From the NCBI RefSeq assembly GCF_018977255.1, contig NW_024704743.1, positions 48,486,001 to 48,550,000 of the forward strand: a stretch of DNA of 64,000 bases, written 5' to 3'. The translations under genes were made by a program, and so were the position numbers. Positions 1 through 13,415 of this stretch are shown here, in pieces. The DNA comes from Callorhinchus milii. Lineage: Eukaryota. Within the stretch, counting starts at the first letter, position 1. Each line of letters begins with the position of its first letter. Under the pieces are notes generated by a model. The model did no database searches. It was not told the origin of the DNA and saw only the letters and a program-made list of their open reading frames with translations.

Positions 1-190
1 CTGGCCTTTATCCAGAATATTAATTAATGCATAAAGCACTCTCATACCTGTTGATGTCACCAGATCTCCTCAGTTGTGTTGCAGTTTCTACTAATATATA
101 TATAAAAACAGCGCAATTCATTTCATTCAATTAAATAAATCACAAGATTACTCTTTGTCAAATCCCCTATTACAGTATTCAATCACAGAA

Positions 191-720
191 ATAACAACAT
201 AGGAAGAGGTCATTTGATCCATTGATCCCAATGTGCAAGAGCCATAAACGACGTCCATTAAACAGCCTAGAATAACCCTAGCTAGCTAATCCATTGAAGG
301 TATCTGTTATAACAACAACAGAACAACTTGTACTCATATAGCACCCTCCACGCAGGGTAGCGTCTCAGAGCACTTGAACTCACTCATAATCTCATTCCTT
401 GCTCATTCCTTGGGTACTCTTTTATATTCTTCCTCTTCCAAATGTTTATTCAATTGCCTTTTAAACGCTGCATAATTTGATGGTGAGAGTTTTGTATTGC
501 GGTCCATTCCCCCTTTCACTAACAACAAACCCAGAGCTAAAACTAGTGAATAAGAAGGTATAAGAAAGCATGGAACTAGAAAAGATCACTGAGCCCATCA
601 AGTTCACTCCTTTTACAGAGCACCCAAAATCTTCCCTAACACAGACTCCATTGATTCCCTTTGTTTTTTTCACATATATAGGTTCTACGTAAGTAATTCC
701 TCATGACTAAAGAACTCACA
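191..720 (-). mobile_element. Old, degraded CR1-type LINE 3' fragment with a short L2 3' tail inserted at ~311-377
   Basis: Begins ACATAGGAAGAGGTCATTTGATCCATTG, resembling the reversed CR1 3' ends at 7354 and 62103. The L2-type tail CAACTTGTACTCATATAGCACCCTCCACGCAGGG lies inside. Confidence 0.4.
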
Positions 721-1424
721 CAAAACCCTAGAATATTCATTCATTTCCAAATGTGTTACATAGGGCTGATATCCTGCTCTCTACAGATAACACTCCCCAA
801 CTGATTTACCAATATATAATACACTCCTGTTAAGTCTATAATTGGTTTTCCACAATAGCTGGTCTTTAATAGATACTGAACAATGAAGTCTCAATCCAAT
901 CTTTTAAATGAGCAATTAACTGATTAGCATTTACAAAGTTGAAAATAGGATGCTCACTAAAATATATTCTAGGCTGTTGTAATGGATGTTTATGGCTCTT
1001 ACACATTATTCTCTTCTTTTGTAATTTTAATTAAGATTTTGCTATTGATTTCACAACCCCCTCCCAATTTCTTAGAGTTTCCCTGAGGGATAACTTGAAA
1101 TATCATGAAAAACAATTGCTGTGTCAGGAAATATAACTATTGTAAAAATCAAGAGAAGATCAGTGTACAAACTGGGATCCTTAGATGAAAATCTATTTGA
1201 ATTAGAATACCCTTGTTCTTTTAACCATATGATCATTGCCTTCAGTTTGAGTTTGTCTTAGTATATCTCTCTTGGCACTGTTTTCATTAATTCTCTTAAG
1301 AAAGTATTGAACTACAGTGCATTAGCTCAAATTGCCCATTACATGCAAACACCATCCAGAGGAGCTTAGCACTGGTTTTGGTGTTATGTAGCCTGTTTTT
1401 GCTTTTTATTTGGTGATAGGATAT

Positions 1425-1560
1425 TATACAATGCAATTTACATTTATACTTTGCCTTTCATGTTGGGAAGATGTCCTAAAGCCGGGGTGGGAGCCAAAGG
1501 GGGTAGAGAGGAAAAGGATAACTGAAAGCACTGTTGTACGTCTTGAGGTGGGACCTGAAT
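1425..1560 (-). mobile_element. L2 LINE 3'-terminal fragment
   Basis: ATTTACATTTATACTTTGCCTTTCATGTTGGGAAGATGTCC matches the reversed tail of the L2 at 20830. Confidence 0.6.
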
Positions 1561-1699
1561 GATGGGAATAATGAGTTATGATGATGGCAATTAAAAGCTG
1601 GGGTGACACTTTTTAAAATATGAAATTGTGGCAAAGAAATAAAATTCATTATTACATCTTATTAAAATGCTGTTCCTCTCCATTGACTGTTTTAAATAT

Positions 1700-1910
1700 C
1701 CTTGCCTGGGACTGTCACCATTAGGGAAGCTGAGTGTTTGCATGACCAGGCTTTCGGCCGTGTTGGCACACAATCGCAGAGCCTGCTGACACTTACAGTT
1801 TGTGCTCACACATGAAGAATGATCACTTGATCAAGGTACCAGAGGGTGACTGTGGAACATACCCCAACAACAGGCAGCACTTTCAATAGAGAAGGGGAAG
1901 CCATTGGAAA
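1700..1910 (+). mobile_element. Ancient SINE-like fragment (family not assigned)
   Basis: GCTCACACATGAAGAATGATCACTTGATCAAGGTACCAGAGGG resembles a dispersed repeat I recall from shark genomes. There is no second copy in this window. Confidence 0.35.
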
Positions 1911-2159
1911 TGAAAAGACCACTAGGGAGCAAAAATGCAAAGTTTCACAACTGATTCAATGTGCTACCGATACAGTTATGAAAGATTACATTTTTACCCC
2001 AGTGTTCTAAAAGCTCAGCCATGTGAGAAAGTTTAATTAACAAACACAGTTAAAATGATTTTGAGAAGGATGCCAGGTTAATGACTCATGTTAATTCAGC
2101 TCGGTGAGGCTCAGTAACTCCTTCCAGACCAGAACTCGCTGCTTAAACATAAATATTCA

Positions 2160-3053
2160 CAGTTTTCTGTGATGTGTAGTGATCTGTCTTTGTAAGCAAA
2201 CATAGCAGCAAATTTGTGCACAGTAATCTCCCACTAACAGCCATGAACTGAGTAACTTTTTTTTAACATGGGTCCATGATTGCTGACCAGAACAAAGGGA
2301 AAAATCCCTTATCTTTTTGAATAAAGCCATGAGATCTTTAACATCCATCTGAACAGGTGGACCCAACCTTAGCTTAACATCTCATTCTATGGACGGTAAT
2401 TCTGACAATAAAGCACTACAAACAAAAAAGGGGAACTAAAGTTCTGTACATGTCTCTGTACAGAATGCAATGCTGTAATATTTGTGGAATCACAGTCAAC
2501 ACTATAGCTCCTCTTCCTCAGGATGATCTTGTCCAACTGATACTCCTGTAGCTTGCCAAACAGGAGTCCTGTAGCTTAGTGGTTAGAGCACTCACCTCGC
2601 AAGTGAGAGTACCTGGGTTAGATTCCTGGCAGAGCGAAATATTGGGCAAGTTTCTTTACTCCACACACCTCTTTATTTCGCAGTAATTAAGAACCCGGTT
2701 GTTAGTCGATTGGCAAATCACTTTTTCAGGGGTAATAAATCCTTCAAAATAATTAAAAATAATTTGGTCACTCAATCCACGACTGTTTGTGGGATACCTG
2801 CTGTGTGCAATTGGCTGCCGTGTTTCGCCCACAAAATATACAGTCAATTCATTTTACAGTATATTCTGTAAAGGGCTTTGAGATGTCTCAAAGATGTGAT
2901 AAGGCACTATATCGAATGCAAGGATTATTATATACTATTATATAGTATTATTATTACTCACTTAGATTATTGCATTCAAGTATCAGCCTAAACTATGAGA
3001 TCCAAGTCCCAGATGTGCAGACGTGAGAGTGCTACCAATTTAGACAGGGTGAC
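2160..3053 (-). mobile_element. Deu-domain SINE split into ~2160-2420 and ~2960-3053 by a later insertion
   Basis: Reversed Deu core GCCATGAGATCTTTAACATCCATCTGAACAGG and reversed head GAGAGTGCTACCAATTTAGACAGGGTGAC. Confidence 0.7.
2563..2955 (+). mobile_element. Full-length tRNA(Ala)-headed SINE (family A)
   Basis: Head GGAGTCCTGTAGCTTAGTGGTTAGAGCAC with A- and B-boxes, body TTGGGCAAGTTTCTTTACTCCAC, and L2-like tail ending ATGCAAGGATTATTA. Confidence 0.9.
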
Positions 3054-4914
3054 ACTTAACCGCTGGATACTGAACTTAGGTGTGCAGAACTGTTGATTCT
3101 GACTTTGGATGTGTAGGTCTCAGTGCTAACTTTCTGACGGTTCTGCAATCTATGGGGAGACTAGAATTATCACCAGTCACAATTATATCACATAATTGCA
3201 TTTTCCCACTATTATTGTGTCAAAGAGGTGACATTTATTTTTCATAATTCTTTGAGACTCAAAAAAACTAACAGAAATAAATTGTGACAAATTTTTAGTA
3301 TTGGATAAAAATGCATGATCTCAATTTTAGTACTTTAAGACTTTTCAGACACTTTGTTCAATGAGTGAACAACAAATTGGTTTGCAGCCCATAAAATGTG
3401 TTGTGCTGACATTTATGGTTTCACAAAAAATATAATTGTATTCCTTCATTGATTGTAGTTCTCTGCCCAAACATATTTGTAAATAAGACTAAATGTCACA
3501 TTGTGTAATGTTATTTTATTTCTATTTTACTGGAGGGTTGTGCTTTTGCATGCAGATGGTGAGCACTGCATGCATAATTTTAATTGAAGCACAAATTGGT
3601 TATTAACATAAGTAAGCCAAATAGCAGAGAATTTGTATTCTGACACATGCCACACAGCAACACAGCCAAATGTCATCTTTGCATCTCTTTGGAATTCTTT
3701 CTTCCTCTGAGATTCTGAATTTCAGCCCTGTGCACTTGATGAGCAGCACATCTTTTCTACTTTTCTTTTGCTACTTTTCTTTTGCTCCGTAAGGTCTCTC
3801 TGTAACTTTTGTAATGCTTTCCATCTGACGTGAACTAAATTCTGTTTCTGTTTCTGCATCAATCATTTGAGTTCGGTTATTTAAAAATGTGATTTCAAGA
3901 AGGAACAAAATGAAAAATGTTTCCATGAAGGAAATAAAGCGAAGTAGCTTAGAATTAAAACAAATCCCTTAATGCCATTACGTGTAAACATTTTTACAAC
4001 TTCATAACAAAGTGGTGGGCATTCTTGGCTAAGTGATCATTTATATCACAGTATGTGCTCTGTCCAAAACTTAACTACCCCACCGCCTCAAGCTGTAGAA
4101 TTCAAGGGGATCAGTCATTAAATCTGGCAGACTTCCCTTTGGACATAGCACAGAACTAGCAGACCTTAAAGAAGTCATGAAAGCCATTCATTAGGATAAT
4201 GCTGGGTTTCAATGCAGCACAGGGAAAGTTGTAGTCTCTTCTCACTCAGCAGTCACAGGAGAATCGCATTATGAAATTCCCCATCTATTTCCAGTCACCA
4301 TAAATTTCTGTAACAAAAATGCCTTGATTGTGGGTCCTCTTTCAACAGGTCTGCAGGAAAATTCCCTTGATATGGGGGTGGGGCGGGGTGGGAGGAGAGG
4401 GAAGAAGTGGAATTCTGATGGGCGGCAGCAAAACCATCAGCAGGATAACATGAAGAAGCCAATCTATACCCACAGACCCATTAAGTACTGTTATGCAGGA
4501 GTGCATAAGTAATATTTATTATAATTAGGTGTACCATAAGCCACTGTCCAGATGCAAAATGGTAAAAAAAAAATTGCTACTATTATATTTCAACTGCTGA
4601 AGAGTATGACAGCCTGTGTTGTGCTGGGTTGTTTGAATTATTGCAGCTGCGTGCTATCTCTCTTCAGACACGGACAAGATAAATGGTGTTTGCTATTCTG
4701 AAGAATAAATCTGACTCTGAGAGGTCTGGCCAACTGACAAGTGTTTGTCCATCTCACATAAACATTTTGAACTTGAGGCCATTGATCTCACATTGCAAAG
4801 TCATTATTTACTAAGTGTCTCCCATGGTTTTAGCTCATACTTACATTCTAGCTGTCTGTCTTTTCTACGCTTGCTAATATGAATGCCAGTGCCCAGAAGA
4901 TTATCAATGTGAAT

Positions 4915-5405
4915 ATAATGATAATCCTTGTATTTCAATTAAAGCCTTATCATGTTGTTGAGACATCTCAAAGTGCTTTACAGAATATACTGCAAAGTGG
5001 TGTGATGGTATGTATTTGCGTGCAAAAACGGCAGCTAATTTGCACACAGCAATGTCCCAGAAACAACATGAAGCGAATAAGCAATTTTATTTGGAGAATT
5101 CTTGCTGAGGACACAGGGATAAACTCTTTCCTCCTTTTAAGTAGTGGAATGGAATCTTTAACATCCATCTGGACAACAACCCTAACAATTTGCATTTATA
5201 TATTGCCCTTCATGCGGAGTAGAGTCTCGGACAGGATCTGGTTTAACATCTTATCCAAAGGACGACACCTCCAATAATATAGCACACTCCAGCTCTACAC
5301 TGGAGTGATAGCATTGTTTATATCTGTTTCCAAGTTCTGATGTAGAGCTTGACCCACAACCTCTGATTCAAAGGTGAGACTGCTTCTAAATGGGCCAGGC
5401 TGATA
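4915..5405 (-). mobile_element. Deu-domain SINE (family B), near full length
   Basis: Reversed tail ATAATCCTTGTATTT, Deu core GGAATCTTTAACATCCATCTGGAC, reversed head TTGACCCACAACC...GGCTGATAC. Confidence 0.8.
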
Positions 5406-7353
5406 CAAGTATCAATATTAATGTCCAGATTATTAATGTGAAAACCAGTATCCAGAAGATTGTTCTGGGACTTTCAAAAGGGAATGTGTGAATGATATTC
5501 ACCAATGGCTGAGACAGAAGCTCTGACAGTGTTAGGAGCGCTGGCTGAATTTCAATATTGCACTCACTCTGTGGGAGCTTTCTATAGCTGTCCTTCAGCT
5601 CACAAGACATGGAAAACTGAGGCAGGGAACTGCTGGGAGCCGGCTTTCAGTTCCACTGCTGGCAGCGATTGATGCTGTCGTAGCAAAATTCTTCTCAGTT
5701 TTCAATCATTTCACACTGTGTTAGTCACTTATCATTTAACTTTCTGGTTCATTTTAGGGCAGAAAGAATGGCATCACTGTACTTGCAGTCTTTGAGAAAA
5801 TAAAATAGAAATCACTCATCACTACACTAAAATCATTCGCACGATGGGCTACTTTGATGCAGTTTTTTACCCCTTCCTCTCAAGTAAAAGAGAGTAAAAA
5901 GCTGGTAAGGTAGGGTCTTGCAATCCACAAGTTATTGTGTGTTTCAATATTCACAAGAACGCTCTTGAATTAGAAATATATTTGCAGCCCCTCAAATAAT
6001 TAGAAATAAAACTGCATTCTTCCCATCCTTGTATTGAATGCTATAATTTTCTTCTGTATTTAGTGCATCAGGAACCTGCACCTTTTACAATCCCGTATGC
6101 ACTTTAATTTCTTTCAAAGCAGTAATTCAAAGGACTGCTTGTTGTTCTGGCCAGTGTGTTTCAGCAGTATTTTATATAGATTTATCTTTGTTTGCCTTAC
6201 TTTAATGCACAGCCATGTCCAGGCCCGGTATGTTCAACACCACTGAGGTTCACCCGGTACACATCTGCTACTATCTATCATGTTTCACGCCGTACACAAG
6301 TGAAATTAAATAAATACATATCATTTCTTTCCCTCTCATCCCTCTCAAATATTTTCCCACTTTTTTTATATTCCTTTTACCCCGGAGAAGCAAAGCGGCA
6401 ATATTTATAGTAGAATTTGTGACAATACCTTATTCATGACAAAGTGAAAAATTGCTTCATACCAGTCAAGTACTTTCTTCTGAAATGTCTCTGTGGCATT
6501 TTATGAGAAGGCTGAGGAATATTTAGAAGATATTGTATACATTTGATTTTTGATATTTCTGAAATATTGCTTTTTGCCAAACCAAAACAAATCCTGCAAC
6601 TTTAACCACTGCTATCATTAAGGTCTATGAGTTTGAAGGCGAGAAAGACATTAAGCCATAGCTACAGTGGCAGTAATGTTGTTTACACTTCACTGGTTCC
6701 TACTTTAGACCTATGACGATGGAGTGATTCATGAACAGTGCAAAGGGCAAAATGAAACACTGCATCTTTTTTCTTGCGGATCCTTTGTGTTCTAAAGAGA
6801 TCATTTCAAATTGCAGCCACAAGCAACTAAACATTGATTGATGTCATGGTGCTGATTTACAGAAAGAGACATTTGGATGGCAGCTTTAATCTGAAATCTA
6901 ACACCAAACTATGACACAAATCAAACTGCCATAATCCATCACAATGTAAAAAGTCAATGAACATTTCTTCATTTCAAGGGTGTAACTTTGTTACAGTGAA
7001 GGTAGCCTGCCAATGTGATATTCACTCCAAACAATCACAACATCACAGTCTCTCAAGTCAACGGGCTCTCCAGTTCCAAGCTTCTTGCAGCAGACAAGAA
7101 CTGTCAGTCCTGGTTTGTTAGTGTTTTGGTCCTAAACTAACGATAGTTTTTGACACAGTCGGAGGAGGAATTGTGGTCACAGCATTCACAGAGAGAGTGT
7201 TGATTGTGCTTGGAAATGGAACTTATTCCAAATGTAATTAGTCAACTAAATATTGGCAAACAGGTGTGGTATATGATATACAAAATGCATCTTTTTTGTA
7301 ACCTTTGAACAACAAAATATTTCATCTTTTGGTCATGTGCAGAAGGAAACCAA

Positions 7354-7920
7354 TCATAAGAACATATGAATTAGGAGCAGGAGTATGCCATTCGGCCCCT
7401 CAAGCCTGCCCCGCCATTCAATAAGATCATGGCTGATCTATTCTAACTCCACCTGCCCGCCTTATCCCCATATCCCTTAATCCCTTTATCTACAAGAAAT
7501 TTATCAATCTCAGTCTTGAATATGTTCAAGGAATGAGCATCTACAGCCCTTTGGGGTAGAGAATTCCATAAATTCACTCGCCTCTGAGTGAAGAAGTTTT
7601 CCTCAACTCAGTGTGAAAGGGCTTACCCCTAATTTTAAGACTGTGACCCCTGGTTATAGTTTCTCCAAACAGGGTAAAAAGTCTCCCACTATCTATTCTG
7701 TCATGCCCCTTAATAATCTTTTAGGTTTCTATAAGATCACCTCTCATTCTTCTGTATTCTAAAGAATATAGGCCTAAATTGGTCAACCTATCCTCATCTC
7801 ATCCCCCTCATCCCTGGTACCAACCGAGTGAATCTACGTCATACTCCCTACAAGGCGAGTACATTCTTTCTTAAATAAGAAGACTAAACCTGCACACAAT
7901 ACTCTAGGTGCAGTCTCACA
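7354..7920 (-). mobile_element. CR1-clade LINE 3' fragment
   Basis: CATAAGAACATATGAATTAGGAGCAGGAGTATGCCATTCGGCCCCTCAAGCCTG is a typical reversed shark CR1 3' end, followed by ORF2 C-terminal remnant sequence. Confidence 0.85.
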
Positions 7921-7949
7921 TTGCTTAAGAGTATCCAAACTAAACTAAG

Positions 7950-8030
7950 AATTCTGTGCATCCCATCTACACATGGAAATCCCCGAGATAGATAGATGGA
8001 ATGGAATGCGCACTTTCTTTCTCTGGAAGG
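7950..8030. repeat. Unclassified dispersed repeat X, short copy
   Basis: CATCCCATCTACAC...GATAGAT..GGAATGGAATGCGCACT matches 18927-18985. Confidence 0.7.
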
Positions 8031-9528
8031 ATCAATCGATGTTACTTAAAATAGATCGGGGTATAGGTGGCTATTGAAGGATGTTATTTGAAAAGTTATC
8101 ACATATTGGCCTCCAATATGCAAGAGACGCAATCTGGATATGTCAAGTCCTGTCAGTAACATGATATGTATTACACCCACCTGCAGGAACTTCACTCCAC
8201 TGCTCCTGGAAGGAGATTGAAGAGGAATGGACTTCTGTCAGTCGGCATGGTTTCAGCATGACGCATATTTTGTTACCATCGGGATTAAATATTTGCAAAT
8301 CCGGTGGGGGGGGAAGGGTGGAAGGGGAGTAGAAACTGCATCTGGATCTAGCTTGGATTACTTTAATAACATTATAGAGCATGTGAACTTTGGACAATTC
8401 TTAAATTCAGTCTAATTTTGAAGTCAGTTTGTTTATTTAAATTTTTTAAAAATATGACTTCCAAATTAAGACTGAATTTTAGACCCAGAGAAACTTCCCC
8501 AGATCCAACTCCTGTATCTTAAAACCCCACCTATTCACATAACATGATGTGATATTTTGAGTAATTTCATGTCGAAATTAATGTGAAAGGAATTATGATG
8601 CAGGTCCAACTGTACAAAATTCTACTCCAAATCCAGAGCACATCAGTGACTGATGGAAGCTGTGATTTCGGCCAGTGCAGCAGTGATGAAATCCAGCTTC
8701 TGCAAGGAAATAAATAATGCATGTCCCAAATAGCATAATAAATTGAACCATGTTTCATTTGGCTATTCTTTTCTAGTTCCCTTTTAAAGCAGCTCTCCTA
8801 CTGTCTGGAACATAAGTCTCATGCATTTTAGTGAAGTAGCTTTTGACCTAGCATACATGCTCGACTGCAAGTAGTATTAGCTGCCGATCCACAGTGATCA
8901 CTCCTGTAATATTAGCTGGTGATCCTGTAATATTAATGAATGGTTGATCGCAATTGTCTGGCAAATTTCAGATCATACTTGTATGGTGCTGTGTATCTAC
9001 AGACAAAGAGCCCGGCTTCCAACTGATTGCTTACAACAAGCCAGTGCTTCAGATATGCTGCTTCCCGGGTAAAAAAAATTGACCATGCCTCTCGATCGGT
9101 GGTTGCGGGAGGAAACCCAAGGTGGTAGGAGTTGAGGGCAGCGGAGAGGGTGTGGGGGGAGATTTTTTTCCAGGGGCAGATGGAGATGTGTTGGGTTTTG
9201 GGCAGAGGAATGGAGGAGTTAAGGGAGATGAATTTAATGGTCTGAGATGGCTTTGTCGGTGATAGTTAATAACAACAGCCCTGCATCACCCTGTTCTTTC
9301 AAAACATTGACAAGAAAAAAGAATAACAGATGCATTCTATTTATGAAGTGTTTTGAGAGCCTGGAGTACTTCAGACCTATGTGTCTTAGAAATCGGGTTA
9401 CTGAGACCATTACAGAGGATTATCTCAATTCCCAAATTCCGTTGCCTTGGAGCCAACTCAGACATATTTTGTCCTCTCATAAATGATGGACCCACAAGGG
9501 GAAATAGTCACTCACTTTTATAGTTACA

Positions 9529-9705
9529 CAACAACAACTTGTATTTATAATGTATCCTTCACGCAGGGTAACGTCTCGGAGTTCTTGATGCCAAGTCAGG
9601 ATGAGTGGGGAGGTGACTGTAGGCACAGTTGAAGAGGAAGGTCTTGAGGTGTGATCTGAAGACAGGCAAGGACGGGGCAAGCGGAAGGATTGAGGCAGAA
9701 TTTCT
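9529..9705 (-). mobile_element. L2 LINE 3' fragment
   Basis: (CAA)n tail. The minus-strand translation LPLAPSLPVFRSHLKTFLF is the L2 ORF2 C-terminal motif. Confidence 0.75.
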
Positions 9706-11753
9706 TAATATGGAATCTGAGTCATGACAATGTGGCCTCCTTGCAGCACTGTAACGTGCAAGCGTGTAACTCCGCTCCACATAATCTGTTTTGGGAGCAG
9801 AGACACTACAAGTCAATGGGAATTTTAATGGGATTCCTTATTAAGGAGCCCCATTAAGAAAGAATTCAAATTAGACTCCCTTGCAAAAGCAAAAGGATGC
9901 AAATATGTTTTATTACCAAACACTCATATCCCTCATTTTGGCGAAGCAGAAATTTCACCAGATATATTTAAATTTAAAAAACATATAGCTTCAAAACTAC
10001 AGTAATGAGAGCTTTCATAAATACAGACAAAAATACACGTAATGCACTGAATTGCTTCCCATGCAACTTAGCTATTACCCTTGAGAAGCACAAAGGCTGA
10101 TCTGATATTAAGGGTTGAAAGAGTTAATGGAGGTCATTCTGCCAAGGAGGGTTTGTTGCTGAGTGACTTGTAGTAACCTAGAACACGCAAAGCCTTGGAT
10201 AAGGTTGTTACCAACATTGACAGCATTATCTAACATGGGAAATAAATGCTGTGATGTTTTTCAATAGCACTATCATTTTACAAGTTCTGGAATGGGAGAG
10301 TCTGTGTATAGCATCTTCTACAGAGGAATTCTACCGACCGCTCTCTTCAAAAGACAGTGCTGTTGGAAAGATCAGTGTCGTCATCTGCCCCATCTTAGAT
10401 AATGCTTCTCAGGAGGTTTGTTTCCAGGCAGGAATTTCTAACTTCCAAACCTTCTGACAATAATACCCAGTGACAAAGAAGTAAGTAATCTCCCAATTCT
10501 AATCTACATATTGTGACTGTGTGCAATGGGCTGTGAACCATATTTTCTGTGCAGCAATCTCCCTCCCATTCACTATTCCCCATACCGCATTAAAAGCAAG
10601 ACAAGAACCTAATTAATTTAATCATCAGAAATTTAATTTATAAAAAAAATCAATTTTCATCAAAGCAAAATGAGCAGGATTTTACATCTGTTATAACAAA
10701 GCCTTCAGGATTGTTCAATTGTTGTGTGGAGACATATTGTATTTTATAAGACACTAATCCTAGGTAATTAGATTTTTCCCATAGGATCCGATAGATTTGT
10801 TTTTTTAACAAAAATAATTCTTTGTCAATGCAGGATATGCTATTGAATATTTCAATCATGCAACCCTAATAAATAGCTTTATAGCTCTAGAGACACATTG
10901 TGACATATTTCCAATTCTTAAAAAAAAATGATTTCTATTATTAAAATTAAAAATGAACTCATTTAAAAATTCACAAAATAAAAATGTTTCCAATCAAATA
11001 ATTTTATACCTTTTGATAAATTATTTGTTATATTGTTCCCTGTAGGTGCTTTGCCCAAATGCTGTAATGCATAAGATATAATTAACAAATCACAGTGTTA
11101 AACTAGGAGATCACTCAAAAATAACTGCTCAGCTTTGTTAATGTTGGTCACTAGCCCAGAGTGTCTTATCTGCAGACTGCAGCTCTTTACCTGTATTCAC
11201 ATGCTATAGACACAACTAAATGCAAACCCAATTTATGGCTAAATGCTCGAGGGAATGTGGTGGAAGATTGTTACATTATTCTTTTCTAATCCTATTTGTG
11301 TTTTAATTTGCTAAGCCTGTAATGAAATACCTGCCTAGAATATAGCTTCCAGTTCTTTTATATTACTGTTTGGGTTATTTAATCTAATGAGGTCTGCAGT
11401 AGAATTTCTGCACCCGGTTGAAGAACAAGATTATCATCGTGTTTCCGTTTGTACACAGAATGCCACTTGTGATGCTAAACTTAGACGGTTGCTTGGTGAC
11501 CTTCTTATAATTTTTTTTCAAAACGATAGCATTCTTTCCCTGGATGTTTTCTCTATTCCAATATACTGTAGGGATATTGCTAAAATATTCAAAAATTATG
11601 TTGCATTCAATTAGGTCATTGAAATATGGATGCAACATTTTGACAGAACATATGGAGATAGAAATTCCACTTGGGTCTACATTTACTCCATTTATGTAGC
11701 ATTTCAGAATATCAGAAGTTTGGCAAATTCTTAAATGCAACCTTATTTTTGAT

Positions 11754-12168
11754 GTCAGTCCAGCATAACTGGTAACTCACTCATCTCTGAGTCAGAGGGC
11801 TATGGGTTCAAACCCAATATCGGGACTTTAAAGTCAGATAATCAAGCACTTAAATGCAGTGCTGAGGGTGTGCTGTATTGTTGGAGGCATTGACATTTGT
11901 ATGAGATATTAAACAGAGGAGCAGTCTGCCTATTCAGGTGGACTTTAAAGATCCCATCTAACTAAAGTTCTTCCAGTGCCCAGGCCAAAAAATCTCTAAA
12001 TAAAATTGGTCATGTACTCATGGTTGTTTGTAGGACATTGCCTTGTGCAAATTGGTTGTCGTATTCTGCCTACAAAATACACTTTACAGCAAATCCTGTA
12101 AAACACTTTGAGGTATCCTTTTGATGTGCAAGTGTTATATCAAATGCAAGGATTATTATTATTATTAT
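11754..12168 (+). mobile_element. Deu-domain SINE (family B)
   Basis: Head CTCTGAGTCAGAGGGCTATGGGTTCAAACCC, core GAGATATTAAAC..TTTAAAGATCCCAT, tail GCAAGGA(TTA)n. Confidence 0.85.
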
Positions 12169-12310
12169 TGGCCAGTTTTCTGTAAGTCCTTCTAAGAACT
12201 ACAGAAAACTGACTTCAAAGTTAAGACTGATTTCAACATTTGCCAAATTCCACACACTACATAAATAGAGTAAATGTAGACCTAGGTGAAATTTCTACCC
12301 CTTAGTCTGT

Positions 12311-12427
12311 AATTATTTACTGCCTATCGGAGATTATACTGAGAAGAATTCTTAGTTTCTTATCTCTTGTAACAAAGATAGTGGTAAAGTGTACATATAC
12401 ACAGTCACTAAGCACATTGTTACTCCA
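12311..12427. repeat. Unclassified dispersed repeat Y (second copy at ~20465-20578)
   Basis: CTATCGGA..TACTGAGAAGA..TTAGTTT.TTATCTCTTGTA...TAGTGGTAAAGT is shared by both copies. Confidence 0.75.
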
Positions 12428-12867
12428 AATCTATCTTTGTTCTAGATTGGAAGTCACGCATGTAAGTAACAATTTACTATTTATTAAAAATATTTGAAAG
12501 CGATTCAAGATCAGTCTTCAGTGACCTCAGACCTGCAAATAATAATTTGGTCTCTTCACATTGGATCCCATCACTGCAAGAGATTTAGGATCCAGCCAAG
12601 ATATCCTTGAATAAAGAATTCTTCTCTCCAGTGATTAGCACATACTACTCTATATACAGTTCACAAATTCAACCTTGTCTTTTGCAATCAATCTGATTCA
12701 TGATGCATAATAGCCCACAACTAAAACTAGATAGTATTTCTTAATTACGATAATCCAAATTAATACATTTTAGGACAAATGTCATAATAACTCTCATATT
12801 ACTGCTTAGGAAAGCAAATCTCTTATTTCACTGGTAGATTTCAGCTCTCTCACTGCACAGTAAGAAC

Positions 12868-13415
12868 CTGGTTGGGAGGACTCTCGCCTCTGAGTCAGAA
12901 GGATATGAATTCACCTCGTCTAGGCTAGTGCCAGCCAAACTATGGCACCCTAGTGTATTTTCAATTTTTAGTTCAGCATAAATCAAGAAGTATTCGAACA
13001 AGAAAATTTATTTTGTTGGCCAACCAAAAAGATTGGCTGCCACTGGTCAAGACTGACACTACAGTACATTACATCCTTTGTAAACCAAGGACCAGTCTGC
13101 ATATTCAGGCAAATGTTGCAGACCTCATGGAACTATTTGAGAACAAAATGGAGTTTCTCCTAGCCAACAATCTCCCAAATCACATTAGTTGTTTATTTCA
13201 TGGCTGTCTGTGGGATATTGCTGTATGTCCACCGCATTCAACTACAATTTAAGTGCTTTGAGACTCTACCCTATGTGAGGGCCACTATATAAATTCAAGC
13301 TTTTGTTGTTATACATAGTTATTACAAAATACAATAAATCCTGTAAAGCATTTTGAGATGTCCTCCTGACATAAAAAGTACAACATCAAATGCAAGGATT
13401 TTTAAAAATTTATTA
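12868..13415 (+). mobile_element. Deu-domain SINE interrupted by a hAT MITE, followed by a second SINE tail
   Basis: Head CTCTCGCCTCTGAGTCAGAAGG. The SINE resumes at TGACACTACAGT after the MITE. Confidence 0.7.
12926..13045. mobile_element. hAT-type MITE, internally deleted
   Basis: Ends TAGTGCCAGCCAAACT / AGATTGGCTGCCACTG. Flanks GTCTAGGC / GTCAAGAC form an 8-bp TSD with 2 mismatches. Confidence 0.75.

Noticed and set aside
10324..10480. Plus-strand coding exon (AG...GTAAGT)
   Set aside because: Stops in all three frames.
11384..11740. Overlapping antisense ORFs (118 and 75 aa)
   Set aside because: No recognisable motif or convincing splice context. Such lengths are expected by chance.
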